A stretch of DNA of 64,000 bases from Planctomycetota bacterium (GCA_038227875.1 JBBRPR010000006.1:96001-160000); one strand, 5' to 3'; numbered from the stretch's first letter, positions 18,039-28,717 are shown. The notes: generated from the sequence alone by a model not told the origin. A program made the numbers and translations.

Positions 18039-18869
18039 TCAGTATCGAGGAGCCGTCTTGCGGTACGTCGCCGGCGGCGTCCCCATCCGCGCTTTGAACA
18101 TCCGCGAAAAATGAAAGCGGTCCAGAAAGCCATGCCGATCCGCGATCTGCTCGATGCTGTCGGTCGAGAAAATCAGTTGCTGCGCCGCCTTGCTCACCCG
18201 CCGCTCCAGGATGAATTGCGCCGGCGTCTGCCCGATCTGCTGCCGAAAGAGCCGGATCAAGTGATCGCGGCTGACGTGACAGACGCGCCCCAACACCGTG
18301 TTGTCGATCGGCTCGGCCAGATGCGCTTCGATGTACTCCAGTGCCGCGGTCATCGTCTGCCTCCCGATCAAATGTTGAGCACAGCGCTCGCGCGCGTCTG
18401 AAGACAATTCGCGCAACACGCCGGCCAAAGCCACATAAATCATTGCCTTCGTGCGCAGCAGCACATCCAGCGTCACCGGTTCATCGGCGATCATGCGCGG
18501 CATCCACGCGGCCACGAGTTCATCCAACTGAGGATCGCGCCTGAGCTGGTACATCTGATTGAAGACCGCGCGAATCACCGTGGCCGGGAGGCTCATCAAC
18601 TCAAAATGAGCGTAGCAATGATCGATCGTCGGCACGCCGCGTCCTTCAAACTGCACCCACGCCGGGATGATGTAGACCCGGCCGGGCAGCATGTTCAGTT
18701 TCACCTCGCGCGTCCAGATCTGCGCGCCGCCACGGGAATTCACATACAGCCGCCAGAAGTTGTTGTTGAACGGGCCTTTCCAGCCCGGACCCAGTCGGAT
18801 GCAATGGGTCGTGAACAGCCGGATATGCAGACTTTCGAGCACCGTCACTTCCGAAAATGCTTGTGGCAT
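18039..18869 (-). CDS. AraC-family transcriptional regulator
   Basis: Cupin-like N-terminus; VSRDHLIRLFRQQIGQTP; IEQIADRHGFLDRFHFSRMFK..GTPP. Confidence 0.92.
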   Translation of the reverse strand: MPQAFSEVTVLESLHIRLFTTHCIRLGPGWKGPFNNNFWRLYVNSRGGAQIWTREVKLNMLPGRVYIIPAWVQFEGRGVPTIDHCYAHFELMSLPATVIRAVFNQMYQLRRDPQLDELVAAWMPRMIADEPVTLDVLLRTKAMIYVALAGVLRELSSDARERCAQHLIGRQTMTAALEYIEAHLAEPIDNTVLGRVCHVSRDHLIRLFRQQIGQTPAQFILERRVSKAAQQLIFSTDSIEQIADRHGFLDRFHFSRMFKARMGTPPATYRKTAPRY

Positions 18870-19012
18870 GCAGTCTACCCCCTCCTAATCATGTCGTAAA
18901 AGTACATAGTTTCGCCATTCTTAGCCATAGACGATCTGTGCACAGATGTTGTATTGGTACATACGTCGAACAAACGTTGCGTTTACCTCTCGCCCACTTC
19001 AAGGAGTCACCC

Positions 19013-20053
19013 ATGGCCGCATCGAAAGTCCGCCTCGCTGTCGTCGGCGCTGGAGGTCAGTGCACCCACGCGCTGATGCCCGGCATCCCCTACATTCCCG
19101 AACTGGATCTCGTCGCCGTCTGCGATCTCAAGCGCGACCTGGCCGAACGCAACGCGCGGAATTTCGGCGCCAAGGGCGTCTACACCGATGTCCACGCCAT
19201 GATCCGCCAGGAAAAGCCCGACGCCGTGATCGTCGTCGGCCCGCCGCAAATCCACGAAGACATCGGCCTGCAGGTGCTCGAATCCGGCTGCCATCTGTTC
19301 ATCGAAAAACCCGCCGCCCCGACGATCGCCGGAGCCAAGCGGCTGGCCGATTGCGCGCGCAGTTACAAGAAGATTGGGCAGGTCGGCCACATGATGCGCC
19401 ACGCCGATCCGGTCAAAGTCGCATGGGACATTTCGCACGCGCCGGACTTCGGCAACATTCTCTCTGTCGAAAGCAAGTACGTCACCTGGCCCACCGGCGC
19501 CGCCGGGAAGAACTCCGGCTGGGGCGATGCCGATGAAGACTGGCAGTACATGCTCGTCCAGGGCGGCCATCCCATCGACCTGCTGCGCCATTTTGTCGGA
19601 CAGGTCACACGCGTCGCCGCCTTCCGTTCACACGGCAAGGGCAACACCAAGTGCTACCAGGTTTCGATCGAAGGCGCCGACGGCCGCGTGGGCTTCCTCA
19701 ATCTGCAGGACAGTTTCAACGGCTGGTACACCGGATTGGAAATCGTCGGCGAAAATCAGGGCATCGTCCGCGTCGATGACCTCGGCACCGTCACCTACCG
19801 CAAAGGCGAGAAGCGCACCGAAAGCGAAAACGGAACGTGGGGCAACACCGCCTACACCTGGGAACCGCACCACACGCTCACCGCGTGGAAGCGCTCCGGC
19901 TATGGCAACCAGTTCCGCCACTTCGCCGACTGCATCCTGAACAACAAGGAACCCTACCCCAGCCTCCACGACGGCTACATGAACCTTGTCGTCGGCCAGG
20001 CGATCCTCGACGCCTGCAAGAGCCGCAAAGTCGTCGAAGTTCCGCAGTCGTAA
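19013..20053 (+). CDS. Gfo/Idh/MocA NAD-dependent oxidoreductase
   Basis: VVGAGG, LVAVCD, HLFIEKP, GHPIDLL; AAGGAG upstream of ATG 19013. Confidence 0.92.
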   Translation: MAASKVRLAVVGAGGQCTHALMPGIPYIPELDLVAVCDLKRDLAERNARNFGAKGVYTDVHAMIRQEKPDAVIVVGPPQIHEDIGLQVLESGCHLFIEKPAAPTIAGAKRLADCARSYKKIGQVGHMMRHADPVKVAWDISHAPDFGNILSVESKYVTWPTGAAGKNSGWGDADEDWQYMLVQGGHPIDLLRHFVGQVTRVAAFRSHGKGNTKCYQVSIEGADGRVGFLNLQDSFNGWYTGLEIVGENQGIVRVDDLGTVTYRKGEKRTESENGTWGNTAYTWEPHHTLTAWKRSGYGNQFRHFADCILNNKEPYPSLHDGYMNLVVGQAILDACKSRKVVEVPQS

Positions 20054-20089
20054 GAACAATTCTTAACAACAAGCGAGCGCCCGGGCTCT

Positions 20090-20269
20090 TTGTAGTCCGG
20101 GCGTCTCGCCCGGTCTAACCTCGGAAGAAACACCCAGAATAGATTTGTTCGATTGACGTGCTCTACCGCGAAGCAAAACTCGTTGCTTCGCGGTAGAGCA
20201 CATCCAATCGGATGAATCGCCCGTCTAGAATTGGCAGTACCCAGACCGGGCGGGACGCCCGGACTACAA
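20090..20269. repeat. REPIN/MITE-like element copy A
   Basis: 27-bp inverted arms TTGTAGTCCGGGCGTCTCGCCCGGTCT / AGACCGGGCGGGACGCCCGGACTACAA; central perfect 19-bp stem 20158-20201. Confidence 0.85.
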
Positions 20270-20270
20270 C

Positions 20271-23200
20271 CTACTTCAACACACCCTTCAAATAAGCCGC
20301 CACATTCTCCGCAACGCCAGCCTGATCCACCCGAACCGCCGCCGGCGCTCCCGCCAGGTAGTACGCATTAAACAGCCGCGGAAATCCCGCCGCCGCTTCC
20401 TCGGCCTTATCCAAGCGCTGATTCCACGCGTTGACGCTTCCCGCCAGCAGCAACGGGCGCGGCGCCGCGGCCGCGCAGATGTCCGCCACGTCGCAGACTT
20501 TCAGAATTCCCGGCACGAACATCCCCCACGGATGCATGAAATAAAGCTGCGGACAGATCATCGCGTATGATCCCAACCCGCCGTGGACCGCGCAACACGA
20601 CAGCTTCTCATCGAGCGCGAAGGCCAGCAGCGCCACTGCCGGGCCCAGCGACTGCGCCTGCTCCAGCGCTTCCAGCCCTGCGTCGGTCGCCAGCCGCGGC
20701 TGGCGGATCTGCGTGGGGTTGACTCCGGACTCCGAATCCCCCGCGATGCCCACCCGCGCCGCGTCGACGTCCTCCCGACCGCGCAACCAGGTCGCGCAAC
20801 TCAGCGCGTCGCGCACGCGCATGCCGATCAACGGATGCGCAACGCGGAACGAGTACCCGTTGAGCTCCGACTCGCCGCCCAGAAAGGTTTCGTCGTCGTC
20901 GACGCGCGTCTCGCCCGTGGCGCGAAGATCCGGTAGCAGCACACTCACGCCAGACTCCAGCAATCCGCGCAGCACCGGCCAGCGCGTGGACAGCGCGCTA
21001 CGCTTGCCGCGTTGATCCAGCCAGATCACCGCCGGCGATTTTCCCGCGCGCCCCGACTTCACCCAGACCGCCGGCACGAGCACGCCGGGTTCGGTTTCCA
21101 GCATCCACTTCTCGACCGCGAATCCGCCGAAGTTCTCTGACCCGCGCAGCGTCGCCTTCGGCGCCGCCACCGGCCCCGGCTCCAGCGCCAGCAGTTCGCG
21201 CAGCCGCTGAGTGATCTCTGCCGAGCGTGCCGTTGCACTCGCTGCGTCTGCCACGCCGTTGCTGTACGAAAGCGGCAGCGCGATCGCGCGCGTGTTCAAC
21301 GAATGAACCGTCTCGGCCCCGGCCAGTTCGCGGCTGTAAAACACGTTGCCCGCTTTGCTGGCGAAAAACGTGTCCTGTGGAACTTTGCTCTTCTTCTTCG
21401 AGTAGGGCGGCGTCTCCGGATTCGGCGGCAGCGTCCGTGCCAGCCAAGACTTGAACGGATTGAAGTGCGACGGCCCATAGCCGTGCGGACCGCTCGTCGG
21501 TACATACTCCAGTTTCGCGCCCGCGCCCTTGAGATTGTAAATCCGGCGCGCGATTTCGTAGCTGGCCAGATTCTGCTGCCTGGCTTCGTCGCCGCTGACT
21601 TCGCAGATCACAATCGCCGGCCGCGGTGCCATCAGCGAGAGAAACCCTTCGGCGTCCAGCGCCCATGGATAGCTGCCGAAGAGCACCTGCTCCGCGTCGT
21701 AATTGCCGCCGCCACCACGCGAATTCCCCAGCGCCGAAACCGGTGCCGACGCGGCCACGCGGTCGTCCAGCGCCGCCACGTAACCGGTCAGCGTGCCGCC
21801 GCCCGACGCGCCGGTCAACGCCACGCGCGCCATGTCGACCTCGCTTCGCGTCTCCAGAAAATCCAGACCGCGCATCACGTCATAGACCATGTACCCCGCC
21901 AGATTGGTCCCGGTGAGCACGCAGCCCGCGCCTTCTTCGTAATGGTTGCTGGTCGGCGTGCGCGAGCCGAACCCATTGTTAACGTCGATGCGTTCGCCCT
22001 GCCCCAGCAGATCCAGCGCCAGCACGGCGTAGCCGCTGCGCGCCAGTTCTTCGGATTGCGCCAGGCTGGAGAATCGTCCGCGCGTCGAATGTCCCGTCAG
22101 GAACACAATCGTCGGGGCCTTCTGCCCTTTCTGGCTCAGCGGCAGAAACAAATTCGCGCTGACGAAAAAGCGCGGCCGGCTTTCGTACAGCACCCGCTCG
22201 CAGCGGATCTCGTCGTCCTCAAACACCAGCGAGACACGCGGGTTGAGCGGGAATTTTTTCTCCGGCGCCGCGCCGATCGATTTCCAGAAATTCGCGCGTA
22301 CCTGCTTTTTGACGACTTCCCACGCGTCCCAATCCTTGACCGCCTCCCACTGCTTGTCGCGCTGCGCGAACGCCTCGCGGACATAACGCCGCTGATGCTC
22401 GTTGACCATGTCCGTGAGCTTCAGCTCGGTCCGCTCCTTTTCAGACACGAGGTCCCAGTTGAAAACCGCCTCCGGTGGCAGCGCCTTGGGCGTGGTCGCC
22501 AGACGCCATGCCGATCCCTCCGCCGACCAGTGGTTGAGTTCCTCGCGCTCGCCCAGTTCAGGGAGCAACGTCGCCGACTCCAGCCAGACGCTGCCGAACC
22601 GCGCCGGATCGTGCAGAGTCCACGCGCCCGGCCGCGACCAGACGCTCGTCTCCTCCACCGCGCCGTTCCGTCCAGGCCGGTTGCGTACGATGTTCATCCC
22701 CCACAGCGCCGGAATCCGTCCATCGACGAAAGCGAACGCTGCGAAGGGCACGACGACGTCGACCGTCCAGCCGTCCTTTGATTTGCTTACATGCGTCTCC
22801 GTACCCGGCAGCGGTTCGGGCTTCTTGCCCTTGTTGATCTGCGCCGCTCCGGCCGCATTGACGATGATCTGCCGGTAGTCGCTGCCTTCCCGCCGCCCCG
22901 GCGCGAGAAAGATTTCGACGCTGTCGTCGTCCCAGATGTTCTTCGCGTCCTTGGGCTCCGCGGCCTTGATCGAACTCATGTCGCGTTCCGAACACGCCAC
23001 GTGAATATGCAGCGCGTCCTTATCGCGATGAACCTGCGCCACGGCAGCCTGCGTCGCTCCCGCCGCCCGGTCGTACAGCGGCAGGAGCGCCAACGTCGCC
23101 GCGCGATCGCCGCTTAACGACGCGTCCTGCAGCAACGGCACGAGGGCCGCCGGCGCCTGGTATTTTCCGCTCAGAATATCCAGCGCCGCCGCGGAACTTC

Positions 23201-24050
23201 CCGCGAGTTTCAGCAGATCCTGTCCTGCCGGAATGAATGTCTCGAGCGCCGGAAGCGCCAGCTTTTTCTCGACCGCTTCGAAATACAGCGTCCCCAGTTT
23301 GTCCGGCACAAACGTGCGCAACTCTCCGGTCGAACGCCACGCCGTCTCTTCCGCGTTCGCCCCGTCCCGTCCCTTGCGCGAGCGCGAAAAATTCCCGCTC
23401 CACGCCAGCGGCAGTTCGCCCTCCGCCTGCAATGCGCGCAGCGGCACGCACAGTTCCACGCGCCAGCCGGATTGAAGAATCCGCGCGCGCGTACGAATCG
23501 TCGGCCGCGCTTTCTCGCTGACACCAAAAACGCTCACCGCGCCCGCCGGGTTGGCAATGAGATGAAACGGCTCTGGCCCCTTCTCCGCACCGTCCACCCT
23601 TGACCGGAGAAAAATTTCGATGCAGTCGTCGCGCCACAGATCCTGCGAATCTTCGCCGATCGACGCATACACCAGATGCTGAGCATCGCCGTCCGCGCAG
23701 TCGAACCAGAAGTACAGCGCGCCGCCGCGCGTCAGCACTTTCGCCGCCGTCGCCGCCTGCCGCGCATCGCCGCTGCCATCGAGAAACACAAACTCCTGCG
23801 CCGCCACGCCGCGCCAGACCGATTCGGAAATCCACTCGCCCGGCGCCGCTGCCGCGTCAACGTCCGGCACAAACCAGAGCGTGTTTCCCTGCGCCGCCGT
23901 GGCATCGCGCTCCGGAATTTTCAGCCCCGCCGCCCACGCCTGAAACGACTGCGACGTCGCGCTCAGCGCCGCCGCCCCTTCCTGCGTCGCCGCCGCGAAC
24001 ATCACGCCCATGAGCGAGACCACAGAAATCCATGCAAAGCCACGCGGCAT
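20271..24050 (-). CDS. Secreted protein: two CBM9/DOMON-like sugar-binding domains + acetylxylan-esterase-like alpha/beta hydrolase region
   Basis: Repeated WRDDCIEIF / WDDDSVEIF and GWRVELCVP / GWTVDVVVP; ESRPRFFVSANLF, DLLGQGER, TGASGGG. Confidence 0.8.
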   Translation of the reverse strand: MPRGFAWISVVSLMGVMFAAATQEGAAALSATSQSFQAWAAGLKIPERDATAAQGNTLWFVPDVDAAAAPGEWISESVWRGVAAQEFVFLDGSGDARQAATAAKVLTRGGALYFWFDCADGDAQHLVYASIGEDSQDLWRDDCIEIFLRSRVDGAEKGPEPFHLIANPAGAVSVFGVSEKARPTIRTRARILQSGWRVELCVPLRALQAEGELPLAWSGNFSRSRKGRDGANAEETAWRSTGELRTFVPDKLGTLYFEAVEKKLALPALETFIPAGQDLLKLAGSSAAALDILSGKYQAPAALVPLLQDASLSGDRAATLALLPLYDRAAGATQAAVAQVHRDKDALHIHVACSERDMSSIKAAEPKDAKNIWDDDSVEIFLAPGRREGSDYRQIIVNAAGAAQINKGKKPEPLPGTETHVSKSKDGWTVDVVVPFAAFAFVDGRIPALWGMNIVRNRPGRNGAVEETSVWSRPGAWTLHDPARFGSVWLESATLLPELGEREELNHWSAEGSAWRLATTPKALPPEAVFNWDLVSEKERTELKLTDMVNEHQRRYVREAFAQRDKQWEAVKDWDAWEVVKKQVRANFWKSIGAAPEKKFPLNPRVSLVFEDDEIRCERVLYESRPRFFVSANLFLPLSQKGQKAPTIVFLTGHSTRGRFSSLAQSEELARSGYAVLALDLLGQGERIDVNNGFGSRTPTSNHYEEGAGCVLTGTNLAGYMVYDVMRGLDFLETRSEVDMARVALTGASGGGTLTGYVAALDDRVAASAPVSALGNSRGGGGNYDAEQVLFGSYPWALDAEGFLSLMAPRPAIVICEVSGDEARQQNLASYEIARRIYNLKGAGAKLEYVPTSGPHGYGPSHFNPFKSWLARTLPPNPETPPYSKKKSKVPQDTFFASKAGNVFYSRELAGAETVHSLNTRAIALPLSYSNGVADAASATARSAEITQRLRELLALEPGPVAAPKATLRGSENFGGFAVEKWMLETEPGVLVPAVWVKSGRAGKSPAVIWLDQRGKRSALSTRWPVLRGLLESGVSVLLPDLRATGETRVDDDETFLGGESELNGYSFRVAHPLIGMRVRDALSCATWLRGREDVDAARVGIAGDSESGVNPTQIRQPRLATDAGLEALEQAQSLGPAVALLAFALDEKLSCCAVHGGLGSYAMICPQLYFMHPWGMFVPGILKVCDVADICAAAAPRPLLLAGSVNAWNQRLDKAEEAAAGFPRLFNAYYLAGAPAAVRVDQAGVAENVAAYLKGVLK

Positions 24051-24132
24051 CACCGTTGTCCTCAATTGAAAACGCCATCAATCCCACCTTATATAGGTAG
24101 GACCCCGGTCAGAGTTATACTATATACAACGA

Positions 24133-25548
24133 TCAGGCGCGGATATTGTCAGACTTTTTAATTCCGGCTGTCATTTCGAGCGCCAAAACCACATTGGCCA
24201 CCACCAGCAGCGGCGCCAGAGGATAAACCATCCGCACCACCGTCGTCGCAAATCCGTAGACGCCAACATACCCCCCACAATACACCACCGCGATGACCAC
24301 GCCGGCGCGAAGCGCATCCGGCCACGCGCGCCAGGCGTCGCCGCTCGTCATCCGCTCTCTCCGCAATCGCCGAAAGTAAATCCACGTCGCCACCAGCGGA
24401 AAGAGATACAGCGCGAGATTGAACGCCTTCAGCAGCACGCTCATCGCGGATGAGTACAGCATCGCCGACAGCACCGGCACCTCGAGCGTCGCGAATCCCG
24501 TCACGCCGTGATGAAACACAAAGCGGCTCAGCTCAAACGGCGCGAAACCAAACTGCCGCACGGGCTCTTCCCGAATCGCCGCGAGGCCGCGCCGAAAGAG
24601 TTCCTCTTCCGGCACACCCGCGTCGATCTGTGCCTGTCCCAGCGCGTTCTCCGCCTGAAACGTATAGGCCGCCGGGTCGCGCTGATACATCCGCCGAAAC
24701 ACGGATTCCGAAAGCGCACACGTCACGTACGGCACACTGTCCGTCGCGAAATCAAAGCGCCGCGCGAATTCCGTCCGACCAAACAAGACCATCCCGCCGC
24801 GTTCGTAAATTTTAAGCGGCGTCGCGATGTTGTGCTGCTGAATCGCAAACCAGCCGCGCTGCGCCAACGCGCCGCCGCTGCCCAGCGCCAGCGCCACAAC
24901 CAGCGCCGCCTTGAGCGGCCAACGCCGCCCGTTGCGCAGCACCGCGCAGATGATCACCGTCGCGACGAGCAGCAGCGCCAGCACTTCGTGAATGATGACG
25001 AACGACCCCTTCGTCAATCCCAGCGCCGCGGAGAGCCCAAACACCGGCGCCGCCCACAGCATCGCCCGTCCGCTCTGCCCATTCCGCGCCGCGCGCCACG
25101 CCTGTCCCAAGGCGCAGTGCAGCAACAGCACCAGCGTGGCGAGAACACCTTCGGCGTAAACCGCGCCATTCATCAGCACGAAAAATGTCGGCACCGCCGT
25201 GATCGCCAGCGCACACAACCAGCGCCGCGCGCGCGAGTCAATCCGCGCCGCGCAGAATGTCGAGAGATACACGTACAGCGCGGCGCAGAACGCCACGTTC
25301 TGCAGCGGCGGAAGACAACGCTCCACCGGCAGACGCAGCGTCATCAACAGCGCCAAAAGCGCCGGAAAAATCGGTTCGCGAAAATACGGATGATCCGTCC
25401 CGTGCGCAACGAACCCCACCGCCGCATCGAGATAAAACGTCGCGTCATGCCCCGGGTTGACATCCGGTCGGATACAAAACGAGAGCGCCAGCATCAGCGC
25501 CCCCACACCCAGCGCGAGCCACACGTCAAGCCGCTTGGAAGAATTCAC
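24133..25548 (-). CDS. Multi-TM GT-C (PMT/ArnT-like) glycosyltransferase-like protein
   Basis: TM1 followed by HDATFY, FREPIFPALL, YAEG, multiple TMs. Confidence 0.55.
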   Translation of the reverse strand: MNSSKRLDVWLALGVGALMLALSFCIRPDVNPGHDATFYLDAAVGFVAHGTDHPYFREPIFPALLALLMTLRLPVERCLPPLQNVAFCAALYVYLSTFCAARIDSRARRWLCALAITAVPTFFVLMNGAVYAEGVLATLVLLLHCALGQAWRAARNGQSGRAMLWAAPVFGLSAALGLTKGSFVIIHEVLALLLVATVIICAVLRNGRRWPLKAALVVALALGSGGALAQRGWFAIQQHNIATPLKIYERGGMVLFGRTEFARRFDFATDSVPYVTCALSESVFRRMYQRDPAAYTFQAENALGQAQIDAGVPEEELFRRGLAAIREEPVRQFGFAPFELSRFVFHHGVTGFATLEVPVLSAMLYSSAMSVLLKAFNLALYLFPLVATWIYFRRLRRERMTSGDAWRAWPDALRAGVVIAVVYCGGYVGVYGFATTVVRMVYPLAPLLVVANVVLALEMTAGIKKSDNIRA

Positions 25549-25657
25549 ACGCGAAGCTTAGTAGAATCCCAAACCTCGATCAAAGCAGCTTCTACATTCG
25601 CAGTTCGCAGTTCGCAGTTTCGCTTTTCGACATCGACATTCGACATTCGACACTCCG

Positions 25658-26134
25658 TCACTTCGCAGGCGGTCGAATCGTCAACACCGCACACGGGCTG
25701 GTCCGCACGATCCGTTCGGCCGTCGAGCCCATCATCGCGTGTGTGAAGCCGGTGTAGCCGTGTGTCGAAATCACGATCATCGGATTCTTCTGATCTCCGG
25801 CGTAATGAGTGAGTTCCTTGACCGGATTTCCCTTCAGCATTTTCGTCGTCACTTCGATGCCCGGATATTCCTGCGCCAACTTCTGTCCGGCATTGATCAG
25901 CAGTTGATCGTTCTCGATGACTTTCGTATCGAGCCACCCCGCCGGCGACGCCGAGAGCACCGCGAACGCATCCACCGCTGTCGCTGAAAAATAAAGCGAT
26001 GCTTCAAACACATGCACCAGATGAATCTTCGCGCCAAACACCCGCGCCATATCCGTCGCGTACGGATAAACCGCCCGCGAGTTCTCTGAAAAATCCGTCG
26101 GCACAATCACCGTTTCAATCGTCAGCGTGCTCAT
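25658..26134 (-). CDS. Universal stress protein
   Basis: VIVPTDFSENS, LVHV, IVISTHG..G...MGSTAERIVRTSPCAVLTI. Confidence 0.95.
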   Translation of the reverse strand: MSTLTIETVIVPTDFSENSRAVYPYATDMARVFGAKIHLVHVFEASLYFSATAVDAFAVLSASPAGWLDTKVIENDQLLINAGQKLAQEYPGIEVTTKMLKGNPVKELTHYAGDQKNPMIVISTHGYTGFTHAMMGSTAERIVRTSPCAVLTIRPPAK

Positions 26135-26183
26135 ATATGTGTCCTCGAAAATGGCCTTACCCAGAATCTCTCAAAATGCCTAG

Positions 26184-26199
26184 TGCACATCACGTGCCA
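26184..26199 (-). promoter_or_regulatory. Sigma-54 (-24/-12) promoter match upstream of USP gene
   Basis: TGGCACGTGATGTGCA on minus strand (GG-N10-GC), 50 nt before ATG. Confidence 0.6.
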
Positions 26200-26347
26200 C
26201 ACGCGCACCCAAGGCACAGATCCCCTGCCCAACCCAGAACTGCAAACACCCACCCCAGTTTTGGGAATCCGCAGACTCAAGCCGTTCATTGGAAAATCGA
26301 AAAGGACCGGTGGAACATGAAAAATATCCGTTCAACGCACTCCCGCC

Positions 26348-27886
26348 TCACGGCGGTCCATCCGGCCCCGTCAGCGCATACACCGCCGCGTTTTCATCCG
26401 CATAGACCGGCACCCACGTCCGTTTTCCGGGCGGCTGAGTCGTGTGGGCTTTGCTCCAGTTCTGCATCACCATGAACCGCGCGTTGAACGCCTTCGCCAG
26501 CGTCTCGCCGTGCACCGCCATCTCGCCGGTCTTCATCTTCTCCAGCGCCAGCGCCAGTTGCGGGCTGAAGCGATAGGTGTACGTCGGATCCAAACCCCAG
26601 ACGTAATGTTCGCGGTAGCCAAAATAATACAGCTCCGGAAAGTCCGTCCACCACAGGTCCACCACCGTCTCGCCGGGTTCGGTGTGTTCGGAAAGCCACT
26701 TGCACGCCTCGCGAAAGCGCGGCGGCGTCGCCAGTTTCTCGTTGAGGATCCACTCGTACATGGACTGTATGTGCGCCGCCGCCAGCACCAGCGCCAGCGC
26801 CGTCACGATCCCCGCAAATTTCAGCCGCTGCTCGCTGATGAACTTCGCCACGTCGACGCCCGCCAGCAGATCGCGCACCGCCAGCCCCGCCGCCAGAGCC
26901 AACAGCGGCACGGAGTACTCGAAAAATCGCGCGAACATCATCGCCGCCGCGTGCCAGATCAGCGCCGCCAACAGCGTGCCCAGCAGTTCCGGCGACGCCT
27001 TCCTGGCGAAACGCCAGCCGCTCACGAGCAGCCCCGCGAGCACTAAATGGTAGAGCGGAAAGCGCTGCATGATTTCACGGCCGTTGAGCGGATACATCTC
27101 GTCGCCCTGGCGCAGCCCGCTGGCGTTGTCGGTGGCGAAGAGCACATCGCGGAGGACCACCCAGAGATTCAAAATCGTGTTGGGAAAATACGGATGCGCA
27201 ATCAACCCCAACACCACGCCCGCCAGCGCCGCGCAGGGCAGCCGCCAGTCCAATTTCTCTCCCGCCAGCCACTTCCCCGCCGCCAGCGCCACCGCCAGGA
27301 TCACCAGCACAAACGGAAACGCATACGCCCACGCGTAAACAAACCCGAGGATCGCGACCGCCTTCCAGCGCCCGCGGTAGAGCAGATGCATGCCGATCAG
27401 CGCGAGAATGATGCTCAACACATGCGAACGGATCATCCCCAGCCGGAACGGCAACTCCCCGCCCAGGCACAGCAGCAGCATCGCAAACAACTCCGGCGCC
27501 GGCACGCTTTGCCCACGCAGCACCAGGTAAAGCGCAATGAACACCGCCGCCGCGATCAGCACCGAAAAAAAGCGCACGCCCTTCAGCGGATCGTCGACGT
27601 TGATCGCAAACGGCACCATGATGACATGGAACAGAAATTCCTTATCGCAGAACTGCTCTTTCCACGTGCTCGCCTGAGTCCACGGAAACTGCCGCGAAAG
27701 CCCCCGCGCGGGCAGCATCTGCGCATACCGCGTATGAAAATACCCATCGTGTTCCGCCAGCCCTTCCGTCCCAAACCGGAACGAAGCGAACAGGTACACG
27801 ACATAAACCAAACAAAGAAAAGGCGAAGCACGACGAAGAACAGGCAGCCAGCTAGGCGCGGCAGGCGCGGCAGGTGAGTGATCCAT
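26348..27886 (-). CDS. GT-C fold membrane glycosyltransferase-like protein
   Basis: HDGYFH after TM1, many TMs, C-terminal soluble domain with DLWWTDF. Confidence 0.6.
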   Translation of the reverse strand: MDHSPAAPAAPSWLPVLRRASPFLCLVYVVYLFASFRFGTEGLAEHDGYFHTRYAQMLPARGLSRQFPWTQASTWKEQFCDKEFLFHVIMVPFAINVDDPLKGVRFFSVLIAAAVFIALYLVLRGQSVPAPELFAMLLLCLGGELPFRLGMIRSHVLSIILALIGMHLLYRGRWKAVAILGFVYAWAYAFPFVLVILAVALAAGKWLAGEKLDWRLPCAALAGVVLGLIAHPYFPNTILNLWVVLRDVLFATDNASGLRQGDEMYPLNGREIMQRFPLYHLVLAGLLVSGWRFARKASPELLGTLLAALIWHAAAMMFARFFEYSVPLLALAAGLAVRDLLAGVDVAKFISEQRLKFAGIVTALALVLAAAHIQSMYEWILNEKLATPPRFREACKWLSEHTEPGETVVDLWWTDFPELYYFGYREHYVWGLDPTYTYRFSPQLALALEKMKTGEMAVHGETLAKAFNARFMVMQNWSKAHTTQPPGKRTWVPVYADENAAVYALTGPDGPP

Positions 27887-28141
27887 CAATCCGTAAAACC
27901 CACAAGTTTCCCGTTTCTAGAAGCGTGGAGGTATGATATGCAAACGACGTCCGCTGAACAGGAGGTATTCGTTGGCGGCGCGATTTCAACGCATAGTGCT
28001 GTTCCGGCCATAGACGGCGTTCGGCAAACGGGCGGGGCCTTCGAGACGAGAAATGCGAATAAGCCGCCTGCATAGATTTGGCGCAGCCCAGCCTGGAGTT
28101 CGACACTGGGCAATTTGAAGCCCGAGCCATGGGGATATTCC

Positions 28142-28717
28142 GTGGATAGCATCGCACAATTCGATCGACTCGGTGGAATTCGCGGCATCGGGGGTGGCAA
28201 TATCCATCCGATGACAGAGGCCGAAATCTCCTCCATTGAGGCAGAATTAGCCTGTCGGTTCCCTGAGGATTATCGCATCTTTCTAATATATGGAGCGGTC
28301 GCATTTAATGGCACTTCCCCTGAAAACCCATTTATCGTGGTTCGCTCTTTGGAGCGACTGCCACCACATATATCTTCCGATGGTCAACATGCTCTATTTG
28401 ACGCTTTCTATGGTGGGGGAAAGGACTCGCATGATCCGTACAGTCTGAGCGTTCGGATTCGATTTTTCAAAGGACGGATGCCGACTACCCTGATCCCAAT
28501 TGGTGATGACAGCGGAGCTGGGCAATTCTGTATCGGTGTTTCAGGAGCCGAGTTTGGAAAGGTGTATTATTGGGACCAGCGGAATGAGCCGCAAGACGAA
28601 GAGGACTATTTCAACGACTACGGTAAGCCCAGGCCTCCGGCGGAAATGTATCAAAACGTCTATAAGGTAGCTGATTCTTTCCAAGGTTTCTTAGAGCAGC
28701 TAAACAAGCGTAAATAG
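28142..28717 (+). CDS. SMI1/KNR4 (SUKH) family immunity-type protein
   Basis: TEAEISSIEAELACRFPEDYRIFL, IPIGDDSGAGQFCI, GKVYYWD, VADSFQGFL; GTG start 28142 inferred. Confidence 0.88.
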   Translation: MDSIAQFDRLGGIRGIGGGNIHPMTEAEISSIEAELACRFPEDYRIFLIYGAVAFNGTSPENPFIVVRSLERLPPHISSDGQHALFDAFYGGGKDSHDPYSLSVRIRFFKGRMPTTLIPIGDDSGAGQFCIGVSGAEFGKVYYWDQRNEPQDEEDYFNDYGKPRPPAEMYQNVYKVADSFQGFLEQLNKRK

